Shown: positions 9,266 to 18,910 of the stretch, piece after piece
Layout of the letters: every line of letters starts with the position of its first letter
Numbering within the stretch: the first letter of the stretch is position 1
Assembly: GCA_012960845.1 (NCBI GenBank)
Contig: DUAN01000228.1
Location: forward strand, 1-57,951
Direction: 5' to 3'
Length of the DNA: 57,951 nucleotides
DNA from: Planctomycetota bacterium
GTDB taxonomy: Bacteria; Planctomycetota; UBA8108; UBA1146
Position numbers and translations under genes: made by a program
Notes under the pieces: generated by a model
Told to the model about the DNA's origin: nothing
The model's database searches: none
Seen by the model: the letters and a program-made list of their open reading frames with translations, nothing else

Positions 9266-10471
9266 TTGCCGATATCTCGAGCCGTGAGCAAATCGATCTC
9301 CCGATCCTCCTGGATCCGAAAAATGTTCGAAGAAGGCAGCCGCCTCAAGAAGATCCATGGAGCCGACGAAATCTACGATTTCACCCTCGGCAATCCGCAC
9401 CTGCCGCCGCCGGCTCTACTGATCGATCGCCTGCGCGAGCTGGTCAATGGGTCGCAAGAAGGAATCCATCGTTACATGCCCAATTCGGGCTGGCCCGAGG
9501 TCCGGGAGAAAATCGCTGCAGATCTGTCGCGGCGTACCGATCTGCCATGGACAGGATCTCATGTGGTGATGACGGTGGGTGCCGGGGGGGCTCTCAACAT
9601 CTCGCTCAAGACGCTGCTCAACCCCGGGGATGAAGTCATCATCCTCAGTCCATTCTTCGTCGAGTACCTGTTCTACATCGAGAATCATGGCGGTGTTGCG
9701 GTCGACTGTCCCACCACTGAGGACTTCTGTCCCGACCCGGAGATGCTGCTGTCGAAGGTGACCGAGCGAACGCGAGCGGTCATCATCAACAGTCCCAACA
9801 ATCCGACCGGCAGGGTTTACAGCGAGCAGGAACTGAAATCGTTCTGTGAAGCGCTGGCGACCGCTTCTGACCGGATTGGTCATCCGATCTACCTGATCAC
9901 CGATGAGCCGTACCGCAAGGTCACCTATGATGAAGTTCAGTGCCCCGAGATCGCGAACCTCTACCAGGACACCATCGTCATCACTTCGCATTCCAAAGAT
10001 CTCGGCCTGGCCGGCGATCGGATCGGCTACCTGGCGGTGCACCCAGCCGCCACCGATCAGAAAGCACTGGTCGAAGGTTGCACCTTCTGTAATCGAATCC
10101 TCGGTTTCGTCAACGCACCAAGCCTCCTGCAACTGGCGGTGGCCGATTGTCAGGAAGCGACGGTCGATCTCACCGAGTACCAGCTCAATCGAGAGACCCT
10201 CACCCAGCATCTGGGACAGCTGGGATTCCAATTCGTCCATCCTCAGGGCGCTTTCTTCCTCTTTCCCCGCACGCCAGAGCCGGATGATGTCCAGTTCATC
10301 GAGCAAGCGATGGAAGAGCGGATTCTGGTGGTACCCGGCCGCGGATTCGGTCGTTCCGGCCACTTCCGCCTCTCCTTCGCGGTGCCCCATTCAGTGGTGC
10401 AGCAGTCCCTCCCGGCGTGGGAACGGCTGGCGGAAAAGTGTCCTTCTCTAAAGGAGAGGACCGGCGATTGA
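9266..10471 (+). CDS. PLP-dependent aminotransferase class I/II (aspartate aminotransferase-like)
   Basis: Motifs LGNP, NSPNNPTG, DEPY and SHSKDLGLAGDRIG (PLP lysine). Confidence 0.93.
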   Translation: MPISRAVSKSISRSSWIRKMFEEGSRLKKIHGADEIYDFTLGNPHLPPPALLIDRLRELVNGSQEGIHRYMPNSGWPEVREKIAADLSRRTDLPWTGSHVVMTVGAGGALNISLKTLLNPGDEVIILSPFFVEYLFYIENHGGVAVDCPTTEDFCPDPEMLLSKVTERTRAVIINSPNNPTGRVYSEQELKSFCEALATASDRIGHPIYLITDEPYRKVTYDEVQCPEIANLYQDTIVITSHSKDLGLAGDRIGYLAVHPAATDQKALVEGCTFCNRILGFVNAPSLLQLAVADCQEATVDLTEYQLNRETLTQHLGQLGFQFVHPQGAFFLFPRTPEPDDVQFIEQAMEERILVVPGRGFGRSGHFRLSFAVPHSVVQQSLPAWERLAEKCPSLKERTGD

Positions 10472-11769
10472 GCATCTCATGGTCGCCGGTGACGGGAGCG
10501 GACTGCTCCTCTGCTGTCGAGATCTTGCGGCAAATCCTGGCCGATCCACCGGGGTTCATCGGGGCCATCGAGGACCAGGGAGCGATACCTCTGGCCGAGC
10601 GGGTCGCAGCGTCGATCCCACAGGAGGACTCGATCTTGCTGCTGGGAATCGGTGGGTCTGCCCTCGGTGCCAGAACACTGGTCGACGCTCTGGTCCCAGG
10701 CGATAGCCGCTTGACGGTGCTCGACAACATCGATCCTGAAGGTGTCGATCGGACTCTCGATCGACTCGACCTCGCTCACACCACGGTACTGATCATCTCG
10801 AAATCGGGCGGCACGGCAGAGACTGCTGCGCAACTTCTTCGGGTCTATCGTGCCCTCGAAGATGCCGGGGTCTCGGCGGATGACAAGATCATCGCCATCA
10901 CCGATCCCGATCGCGGGGCACTGCGCGAACTCGTCACCGCTCGTGGTTGGCGATCACTTCCGGTCCCCTCCGATGTGGGAGGTCGATTTTCGGTCATGAC
11001 CGCGGTCGGTTGGTTACCTGCGATCTGTTGCGGCATCGATGTCGAGGGGATACGGCGCGGCGCTCAAGCGGTGCTGGGCGATCTTCGACTGGCCGAGGAG
11101 GATCATGGATTGGTGCGCTGGATCAGCGGCTGGTCCGCCCATCAAGAATCACGCCAGACGGTGGTGATGTTCTGTTATCGAGATCGCCTGAGAACCTTCG
11201 GCGACTGGTTCGCACAACTCTGGGCGGAGAGTCTCGGCAAGCGTCACGACCTGTCGGGGGCCGAGGTGTGGACCGGTTCGACGCCGCTGGTCGCTCGTGG
11301 AGTCACCGATCAGCATTCGCTGGTGCAGTTGTTCGCCGAAGGCCCCGACGACAAGCAGTATCTGGTACTCGATAGCGACCTCGACACTGCGGATCCGATC
11401 CTCGACCAGACCACTGCGGCGCTTCATGAAGATCTTCAGTACCTCGCGGGAAAAAGCCTCGGGCAATTACATCGCGCCGAACGCGAAGGCACCGTCGCCG
11501 CTCTCGGATCCGCCGGACGACCGGTCTCGACGATGACCCTCGATGCTCTCGATGCAGAGCACCTCGGCGCACTGATGCTGACCTGGGAGATGGCCACGCT
11601 GATGGCGGCGGCGATCCTGCAGGTCAATCCCTTTGACCAGCCCGGTGTCGAGGGGGGGAAAGCGGTCGCTTTCTTCAAGATGGGTAGAAGTGGTTGGGAG
11701 GAGCAGGCGGCGTCCATCACCGCCGGGGCACCGAGCATCACACCCGCCGCGCCGATCCCCTGTCGCTAG
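10468..11769 (+). CDS. pgi: Glucose-6-phosphate isomerase
   Basis: Motifs GIGGSALG, SKSGGTAET, VGGRFSV, QLWAESLGK, DQHS and NPFDQPGVEGGK. TTG at 10468 follows GGAGAGG and overlaps the upstream stop. Confidence 0.95.
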   Translation: MSISWSPVTGADCSSAVEILRQILADPPGFIGAIEDQGAIPLAERVAASIPQEDSILLLGIGGSALGARTLVDALVPGDSRLTVLDNIDPEGVDRTLDRLDLAHTTVLIISKSGGTAETAAQLLRVYRALEDAGVSADDKIIAITDPDRGALRELVTARGWRSLPVPSDVGGRFSVMTAVGWLPAICCGIDVEGIRRGAQAVLGDLRLAEEDHGLVRWISGWSAHQESRQTVVMFCYRDRLRTFGDWFAQLWAESLGKRHDLSGAEVWTGSTPLVARGVTDQHSLVQLFAEGPDDKQYLVLDSDLDTADPILDQTTAALHEDLQYLAGKSLGQLHRAEREGTVAALGSAGRPVSTMTLDALDAEHLGALMLTWEMATLMAAAILQVNPFDQPGVEGGKAVAFFKMGRSGWEEQAASITAGAPSITPAAPIPCR

Positions 11770-11827
11770 CCAGCGCTCAGCATGAATCCGCACTAGCATG
11801 GATCCGCGCCAGCATGAATCAGAGGAG

Positions 11828-12382
11828 CTAGGTCGCGTTTCGCTTCGACACCAGACGGACCCTGGCATTCCACTCATCCGCGCTGATCAAGCCCTTCTGA
11901 ATCAACAGTTCGATCAGTGCCTGCTGTAGAACCGCCGTTCCAGGAACCACCGCACCAGCAGCCGCCACCTTGTCCTGGGCTCGAGCCACCGGCTTGGCAG
12001 TGGCTGGAACTTTTGCTGCGGCCGGGGTCGATGGGGCACCCTTGGGACGGCGTGAACGGGCGGATTTTTGTGGCGATTTGCGTGCGGCTCGTGGGCCCGA
12101 ACCCCTCCCTTTCGACTCGGAGGTGCTGCCGATCTCGGCGCTGAAAAACTCTACCGGCAGCGAGAAACGCTCGGCGATGCGACGTACCAGGGCACGGCTG
12201 GGAAAGGCCTGGCCATCGAGCACATCCTGGATGGTATTGGGCAGCACACCGATTCCTCGCGCCAGGCCGGGAACCGTTTCATGATGGGCGTCGATCAAAA
12301 AGCGTATCTTGCGGATCACCAGTTCCGGGGAGAGGGGGTTATCCACCCCAGAGGCCTGCCGATTCTGCTCTTGTTGGGTCAT
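11828..12382 (-). CDS. XRE-family helix-turn-helix protein with a basic disordered linker
   Basis: HTH-like LARGIGVLPNTIQDVLDG..PSRALVRRIAERFSLPVEFF; Lys/Ala/Pro-rich linker; C-terminal LIELLIQKGLIS helix. Confidence 0.75.
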   Translation of the reverse strand: MTQQEQNRQASGVDNPLSPELVIRKIRFLIDAHHETVPGLARGIGVLPNTIQDVLDGQAFPSRALVRRIAERFSLPVEFFSAEIGSTSESKGRGSGPRAARKSPQKSARSRRPKGAPSTPAAAKVPATAKPVARAQDKVAAAGAVVPGTAVLQQALIELLIQKGLISADEWNARVRLVSKRNAT

Positions 12383-12457
12383 CGATCCTCCGAAGGTCAG
12401 GGAAATCAGTTCTCATCTGCCCTATCGACCTTCGGAGCCTCGATCTGAAGTGAATTT

Positions 12458-15091
12458 TCAGGATTCTTCTGCCAGCAGCAGCAATCCATTCAGGAACAGG
12501 TCCGCTGTCCCGCGCCAGAAGGAACGAAACAGTGGATCTCCGGCAAATAGTACCACCCTGCCACGCCCCACTCCCTGCTCCACCAGCCACACTCCTCCGG
12601 CGAGGGCTTGCTGGTTCTCATCGGAGATGAATCCACTCACCACCGGATCCTCTTCTCGCAGCACCCCCACATCGCTAGCCTCTCCCGACAGTTCAAAGAT
12701 CTTCGCACTGCCGATGAAGCCGAAGATCCTCGGTGGCTGACCAAAGGAGAGCGGGTGCTCTGGATCCAGCTCGACCGAGACGATGTTGCCGGGCACTTGT
12801 TGCTGTCGACGTTCTTCACGAAGATCCGCTCGAGTGCGCCGTTTCTTCGGCTTCTCCTCCGGCTCCTCCACTTTTCGAACCTGCTGGGAGACCAGGTCGA
12901 TGCCGGACTCTCCCATCTGAAACGCGCTACTTCCCAGCGCCAGCACGACGCCTCCGCCTCGAACCCACTGCGCCAGTTCCTTCTTGGTGCGGTCCCCCAG
13001 TGACGATCCCCTCACACCCGAGGGAATCACCAGCACATCGATGAGATCGAGGGCTCGAGAGAGCCGAGCTGCGGAAACGGTCGTGAACTCGATGCCCATC
13101 TCCTGTTCGAGAAAACTCCACACCGCACCGTAGGAAAGACTCGAGACTGAATCGGGCCCCAGCACCGCGATCCGAGCGTGGGCCAGTTCGGGGAAGGTGC
13201 TGGAACCGAGGTCGGGGCCGAGGTCGGTCCAGCCACTCGCGGTACCGTGGAACACCGTTCCCGTGTCTCGCGCGACTTGCTCGACCAGAGCATGAGTGTC
13301 GGGTGAGGAAACTCTCACGACCAGGGTTCCCGCCGGATAATCCTGGCCCTGGATCTGGATCGCCTCGGTGATCAGGTCGACCCGCTCGCCACCCTTCTGA
13401 ATCGCTCGCAGTGCCCGAGCAGAGGGTACCCCCTCCCAGCGATGGAGGTAGGCGACCCCGGCTTTCTGCTCGACCCGTCCGACCGGGTCCTCGATCGGCC
13501 CCAGCGGAATCAGGATGCCGGAGATGGGCTGGCTTGCGATCAGCGTCTCGACGCCAAACGCCATCGGCAGTGACCAGGCGGCGACATCGTAAAAGTATGC
13601 TTCTCCGGCACTGGCATGTGGCTCCAGCAGCGTTCTGGCGAGACGCCCTTGCGGTTGATCGAGCGGAACCACCACCGTACCCGCAGCCAGTTTGAGGATC
13701 TCCTGAGCGGTCCCATCGTGATGGACCAGCCCTTCCACCACCACCTCATCGATGGTTTGTACCATCTCGATCCCCTGCGCCTTCAGCAACCGCAGTAACG
13801 ACAGTCGTCGATCTCCGGATGCAGGCGGGATGATGAACTGCGAGATATCGGAATCTCGTCCCGCATAGATGGTGCCCTGCCGAAATTGATGAAAATCAGT
13901 CAGCAGTTGGACTCGATTTTGTGCCGCACAATCCGCCGTCGCCAGGCCGGCAACATGGTGATGGTGGAGCCGTTCCTGGAGTGTCAGCAAGGTGCCATTT
14001 CGACGGCGATACACCAGGCCGGCACTTCCCCCTCCCGCTTGCTCGTAGGTCATCCCGATGGCTCCATTGAGAGTCGGCCAGGAATCACCGTAGGCGGGAT
14101 AGAACAGATCAAATTGCTCTGCGGTGTAATATCTCCAGGTGAATCGATCGAAAGCCCTGGCATTGGCGAGTCCAAATTTACGACTCCACTCGACTCGATC
14201 TTCCGGAATGTTGGAGTTGATCGGCTCCTCCGGAGGAAAAAAGAAGTACGTCGACTGCGGACTCATCTCATGAAAATCGACATGGACCTGTGGCTGCCAC
14301 CGCAGGTACTGGGGAATTCTGGCGCGCGTCTCCGGCTGACTCTGCCAGGCCCAGTCTCGATTGAGGTCGAACAGGTAGTGATTACTTCGACCCGAAGGTG
14401 AAGATGGGGAGTGCTCTCGAGCTGCGGGATCGGGATCGGGAGGAACTGCGCCATTTTGCTGGTACCAGTGCAGATATCTTTCCCGCCCATCGGGATTGAG
14501 CAGAGGATCGACGATCACCAGGCAGTTCTCGCGAATTCTGCGAATCGCCGGGTCCGATCCATCCGCCAACTGGTGGATCGTGGCGAGTGCGGCCTCGGTT
14601 CCGGAGGACTCATCTCCGTGCACGTTGTAGGAGAGCCACACCACTGCGGGCAGACGGGCCACCAACTCCTCCAGCGAAAGGTCCTCCCTCTCCGATAACT
14701 CTCGTGGATCCGCCAGCAATCCGAGATCGGACTCGATCTGATCGAGTCGAGAAATCGTTTTCTGATCGGAGATCATCAGAAGGACCAGTTCTCGCCCCTC
14801 CACGGAGTGCCCATATCTTTCGATCGAGACTCGAGGAGAGAGTCTCGCCACTTCACGGCAGTACGCCATCACATCGTGGTGAGGGGTGAAACGATCTCCC
14901 AACTTCACGCCATAGAATTGATCGGGAGAGGGTATCTTGCCCTCAAAGGTATCGCTCCCGGTGTAGGGGAATCTCGTGGTTTCCTGCGCCTTTGCTGAAT
15001 CATCCCCGGCGGAGAAGTCAGTCGCCCACAGGCGACCATCGGCAACCAGTAGCGCCAGCAATAAGAGCATGGAAGTGGTCAGTTTCATCAT
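12458..15091 (-). CDS. Secreted M14 zinc carboxypeptidase with a C-terminal GATase-like domain
   Basis: Signal peptide; motifs NVHGDESSG, NPDG, DLNRD and VDFHEM. ATG at 15091 follows GGAGG. Confidence 0.9.
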   Translation of the reverse strand: MMKLTTSMLLLLALLVADGRLWATDFSAGDDSAKAQETTRFPYTGSDTFEGKIPSPDQFYGVKLGDRFTPHHDVMAYCREVARLSPRVSIERYGHSVEGRELVLLMISDQKTISRLDQIESDLGLLADPRELSEREDLSLEELVARLPAVVWLSYNVHGDESSGTEAALATIHQLADGSDPAIRRIRENCLVIVDPLLNPDGRERYLHWYQQNGAVPPDPDPAAREHSPSSPSGRSNHYLFDLNRDWAWQSQPETRARIPQYLRWQPQVHVDFHEMSPQSTYFFFPPEEPINSNIPEDRVEWSRKFGLANARAFDRFTWRYYTAEQFDLFYPAYGDSWPTLNGAIGMTYEQAGGGSAGLVYRRRNGTLLTLQERLHHHHVAGLATADCAAQNRVQLLTDFHQFRQGTIYAGRDSDISQFIIPPASGDRRLSLLRLLKAQGIEMVQTIDEVVVEGLVHHDGTAQEILKLAAGTVVVPLDQPQGRLARTLLEPHASAGEAYFYDVAAWSLPMAFGVETLIASQPISGILIPLGPIEDPVGRVEQKAGVAYLHRWEGVPSARALRAIQKGGERVDLITEAIQIQGQDYPAGTLVVRVSSPDTHALVEQVARDTGTVFHGTASGWTDLGPDLGSSTFPELAHARIAVLGPDSVSSLSYGAVWSFLEQEMGIEFTTVSAARLSRALDLIDVLVIPSGVRGSSLGDRTKKELAQWVRGGGVVLALGSSAFQMGESGIDLVSQQVRKVEEPEEKPKKRRTRADLREERRQQQVPGNIVSVELDPEHPLSFGQPPRIFGFIGSAKIFELSGEASDVGVLREEDPVVSGFISDENQQALAGGVWLVEQGVGRGRVVLFAGDPLFRSFWRGTADLFLNGLLLLAEES

Positions 15092-15165
15092 CGATCCTCC
15101 TGGATCTTCGAGTGTATTTGCAGCAAGGTGTTCCCCGGTAGCGATGCCATTCTGCCCCCCTCCAG

Positions 15166-16569
15166 TTGCTGAGGCTAGGTAGACAATTCCTGACACCGAA
15201 ACTCGATTGGAATCGACCGTTGTCCCGATCAGAGATCTCCCCACTGATATCACTGGCGATGCCGATCGTCTTCACCCAGGTCGGGATGATGGTGATGGGA
15301 CTGGTGGACATGTGGATGGTCGGCAGGCTCGGGACCACCTCCCTGGCTTCTGTGGCGCTGGGAGACAGCTGGGTCTTCGGCACGCTGGTCATCGCTCAAG
15401 GGCTGATCCAGGGAATCGACCCACTGGTCACTCAGGCACAGGGTGCGAAGGATCCTGTCGCTCTGGGCCGCACCCTCCAGCGTGGTTTCTTGCTGGCCTT
15501 GGGGCTACTGCCACTGCTCGTACTGAGCTGGCAATTCTCCGAGGAGGTGTTGCTGATCCTCGGCCAGACTGAATCACTGAGTCGTAATGCCGCCCAGTAT
15601 TCTCACGCCCAGATCTTCAGTATCCCGGCATTTCTCGGTTTCTTTGTGCTGAAGCAATACCTCCAGGGCCGAGGCCACCTCGCTCCGATGGTCATCACGG
15701 TGATCGTCGCCAACTTCGCCAATATCGCATTCAACGAACTGTTCATCTTCGGCGGTTGGGGCATCCCAGCGATGGGAATTGAAGGTGCCGGATATGCCAC
15801 TGGCGCCAGTCGCTGCCTGATGCTGCTGATGCTGATTGTCCTCGCCGCTCGCGGGAAATACTTCTCGGCGGGCTGGGTCCGATGGAGTCGCCGCAGCTTC
15901 TCTCCCCGGGCGATGGGAGCGTTGCTAGCCCTGGGTATCCCGGTGGCGATTCACTTCGGCGTCGAGGTCTGGACCTTTCAGGCCGCCACCTTGATGGCCG
16001 GTTGGATCGGTGAAAGCCAGATCGCCGCCCACATCGTGGTACTGAAAATCATCTCCTTCACCTTCATGTTCCCCTGGGGCATCAGTGGTGCAGCGACCAC
16101 CCGAGTCGGAAACCTGCTGGGTGCCGCCGAACCGATCCAAGCACGACTCGCAGGGATCACCGCACTGGGGCTGGCGATCCTGGTGATGGCCATCCTGGGA
16201 TCGCTGATCGTGTGGCTCGACTCTTCATTGCCGGGAGTCTTTTCGACCGATCCACGGGTGCTCGCCAGTGCGGTGGCACTGCTTCCCATCGCGGCAGGAT
16301 TTCAGATCTTCGATGGAGTACAAGCGGTCGCTGCGGGAATCCTCCGTGGGGCAGGTCAGACGATTCCAGCCGCTGTGATCGGTGTGATCGGATTTCCATG
16401 TATCACTCTCCCCCTCTCCTACCACCTGACATTTACCAGGGAGATGGGACTACCTGGGATCTGGTGGGCCTTCTTCTTCGGGCTGCTGACTGCTTCAGTG
16501 TTACTGGTGGGCTGGTTCCTGATCACATCGCCGAACTGGAAACCGATCGAGAGGCGCATCGCCGACTGA
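15166..16569 (+). CDS. MATE-family efflux transporter
   Basis: About 12 hydrophobic segments; motifs VDMWMVGRLG, GIEGAGYAT, TRVGNLLGA and FQIFDGVQ..GILRGAG. Start uncertain. Confidence 0.92.
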   Translation: MLRLGRQFLTPKLDWNRPLSRSEISPLISLAMPIVFTQVGMMVMGLVDMWMVGRLGTTSLASVALGDSWVFGTLVIAQGLIQGIDPLVTQAQGAKDPVALGRTLQRGFLLALGLLPLLVLSWQFSEEVLLILGQTESLSRNAAQYSHAQIFSIPAFLGFFVLKQYLQGRGHLAPMVITVIVANFANIAFNELFIFGGWGIPAMGIEGAGYATGASRCLMLLMLIVLAARGKYFSAGWVRWSRRSFSPRAMGALLALGIPVAIHFGVEVWTFQAATLMAGWIGESQIAAHIVVLKIISFTFMFPWGISGAATTRVGNLLGAAEPIQARLAGITALGLAILVMAILGSLIVWLDSSLPGVFSTDPRVLASAVALLPIAAGFQIFDGVQAVAAGILRGAGQTIPAAVIGVIGFPCITLPLSYHLTFTREMGLPGIWWAFFFGLLTASVLLVGWFLITSPNWKPIERRIAD

Positions 16570-16633
16570 CCCGGCTGCTTGACTGCTTGGCTCTCCTTGG
16601 GGCTGCTTGACTGCTAGAGCCGACACCCGACGA

Positions 16634-17731
16634 TCAACGAGTAGGCCCGAGGAGAAAGTGAAACTCCCCCGAAATGCAGCGGACCTGCAGCACCACCCCC
16701 ACCTGTTGCATCTCGAGAGAAACCTGCAATTTCGCATGCCCCGGATCCGCAGCACCTGTCGGAGTCAGAATCTTGACTGCGCCTTCTTCATCCAGTTGTT
16801 GGATCTTGTTCTCGAGAGTTTCCCGCTGTTGCTGCGCCCTGCGGATCCGGCCTTGCCACAGGGCGATCTCCTGCAGATTCGACGGGTCCTCTGCTTCGAG
16901 ACGACGCAGTTCTCTCCGGGCACGACCCAACGCTCGAGTCATCTCTTCGCTGGTCGCAGCAATCCGCGCGCGAGAAGGATCTTCGAGTCGCAGTTGGGGG
17001 CCAACCCCGGTAGTCGAGACCATCACGGCTCGAACCAGCGGTAGATCTCCCTCTGGATCCTCGATGGTGCCGAGAACACAGTGGGCCGGCATCGACGACA
17101 TCTCTGGAAACTGAAAGGTCTGTAACTTCCAGCCGTGGACCTCCTGGGTGGTGGCGGCTGCCGGAACACCGTGACTGACCAGAGCCAGCACTCCCCACTC
17201 CAGTCGCAGGAACAGTTCCCTCGAGTTCTTCCGAGTGATCACGGCGACCGTCGCCAAGATCGTGCTTGCAGGGCGATCGAGCACACTTCGTTTCACCGGA
17301 ATCACGATCTCGGGTCCACCGCCGAGGGATCTTGCCAGCAATCGCACCTGCAAGGATGATCCGACCTGGATCGACAACTGGTGCTTTCCCGGTGGCAGGA
17401 GAACCCCCGACCAGAGGATCGGCAGGGGCGTATCGAGTAAACAGCCACCTGGAATCTGCAAGATGCCGGGTCGAGTCAGATCGGGCAGTGCAGGAACCAC
17501 TTCGGGGCAATCGGGAAGTTGAACCGACACCTCGACCGATCCCACTCTTGCTGTGGAGGTGAGTGAGTCGGGCGCCAGTTCAGGCTGCGCCATCAGCAAC
17601 CGGGGAAACAGGAGGCTGATCGCCACCAGACAGATCCCCAGCCGGCAGATCATCGGCCGACAGATCATCGGCCGACAGATCATCGACCGACAGATCATCG
17701 GCCACCAACCACTGCGAGTTGCATACTTCAT
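16634..17731 (-). CDS. Exported hypothetical protein (DUF2911-like N-terminus, coiled-coil C-terminus)
   Basis: Signal peptide after the MICR repeats. GVLLPPGKHQL and LRLEWG resemble DUF2911. Start uncertain. Confidence 0.55.
   Translation of the reverse strand: MKYATRSGWWPMICRSMICRPMICRPMICRLGICLVAISLLFPRLLMAQPELAPDSLTSTARVGSVEVSVQLPDCPEVVPALPDLTRPGILQIPGGCLLDTPLPILWSGVLLPPGKHQLSIQVGSSLQVRLLARSLGGGPEIVIPVKRSVLDRPASTILATVAVITRKNSRELFLRLEWGVLALVSHGVPAAATTQEVHGWKLQTFQFPEMSSMPAHCVLGTIEDPEGDLPLVRAVMVSTTGVGPQLRLEDPSRARIAATSEEMTRALGRARRELRRLEAEDPSNLQEIALWQGRIRRAQQQRETLENKIQQLDEEGAVKILTPTGAADPGHAKLQVSLEMQQVGVVLQVRCISGEFHFLLGPTR
17641..17703. repeat. 15-bp tandem repeat x4 (GCCGACAGATCATCG), encoding MICR(S/P) repeats
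   Basis: Read directly from the sequence. Confidence 0.9.
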
Positions 17732-17771
17732 GAATTCCATCCTGGATCGGAGTCCTCTGGAATGGATGAGA

Positions 17772-17812
17772 ACCCGGGTCCCCTCTTCCGCTGTGGAAGA
17801 GGAAACCCGGGT
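17772..17812 (-). terminator. Long hairpin downstream of the OMP gene (terminator or mRNA stabiliser)
   Basis: Minus-strand ACCCGGGUUUCCUCUUCC/GGAAGAGGGGACCCGGGU forms an 18-bp stem with G-U pairs. The U-tract is weak. Confidence 0.55.
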
Positions 17813-17840
17813 CCTGAACTCCACGGTCGTCAGACCGCTG

Positions 17841-18596
17841 CTAGAAACTGAAATCGATTCCGACGAATGCATTGAGTCCGCCGTAATCCAGATCTCCCGC
17901 GGAATCGCCATCGGTGTCGATATCAATCCTGACCTCACTGCTGGCAATGTCGTACTGAGCTTCAGCCAGCAAGGAGATCGCTCCGTCCCACATCTCCCAG
18001 CGCATCGAAGCGGAAGGCCTCACCAGCATGATAAACTGGTCCGAAACTGCGACCGTAGGAACACCACCCGTATTATCGAGAGCCACCTCGGCCAGAAAGG
18101 CATCGCTGGTGTGGGCCTGCGCCATCAGTCCACCGATTCCGATTCCATAGCGAAGGAGCGGCAAATTCCCTTCCTTGGAGAGAGGTACGTCCCAGTCGAA
18201 GCCGACCAGGAACTCCCGGCGATTCTGGCTCTCGATCGCACGCGCTCCCACTGAACGAATGTTGTCCAGGTTGGAGAAGTAATCGACAGTATTCTCACTG
18301 GCTGTCCTTGCAAAGGGTTGGCCTTCGACATTATCGATGGTGTCGAATTCGAAACCGAAGTGCATTCCGTACTCGTACTCGTAATTGACTTTCAAACCGA
18401 AGCCACTACCACCGCTGAAATGCTCGCTATTCGGGGTGAATCCACCGAATTTGAATTCGGTATGGATTTTGTCCTCGAACAGCATCGCTTCGCGTTCGTT
18501 GTAACCTGGAACAGCACAGCCGCTGGTGACCACTAGAACCAAAAGTACGACTGCCATCGCAAGATAGACCGGGTGAGTCTGTCGCCGTCTCTGCAT
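17841..18596 (-). CDS. Outer-membrane beta-barrel protein with lipoprotein-type signal
   Basis: Lipobox-like TSGC, alternating amphipathic strands and a C-terminal FVGIDFSF (terminal Phe). GAAGGAG RBS. Confidence 0.75.
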   Translation of the reverse strand: MQRRRQTHPVYLAMAVVLLVLVVTSGCAVPGYNEREAMLFEDKIHTEFKFGGFTPNSEHFSGGSGFGLKVNYEYEYGMHFGFEFDTIDNVEGQPFARTASENTVDYFSNLDNIRSVGARAIESQNRREFLVGFDWDVPLSKEGNLPLLRYGIGIGGLMAQAHTSDAFLAEVALDNTGGVPTVAVSDQFIMLVRPSASMRWEMWDGAISLLAEAQYDIASSEVRIDIDTDGDSAGDLDYGGLNAFVGIDFSF

Positions 18597-18910
18597 GCTT
18601 CATCTCCTTCTTTCACCATCGGGCAGTTCCTCGACGATCGTGAAGGAAATCGATTGATTCCTTCACAACGCTCCTGGGGGCCCGAAAAACCCCACAATCC
18701 CCACTCTTCTCCACGGGCTCATGTGGAGGGTGTTACCGACTGTGACCGGATGCTACCGATCAACCTCGCAGTCAGATCACACCGTGGAAGTTGGAAAGGT
18801 ACCCGCACTTCCCTCACCGATGCAAGGGGTGCCGTACGGCTTCATCCAAGGGAAACTCCAACCCGCAGAACCCGAGCCCGAACCGAGCAGATGTGCCGTT
18901 TCCAAGGAGT

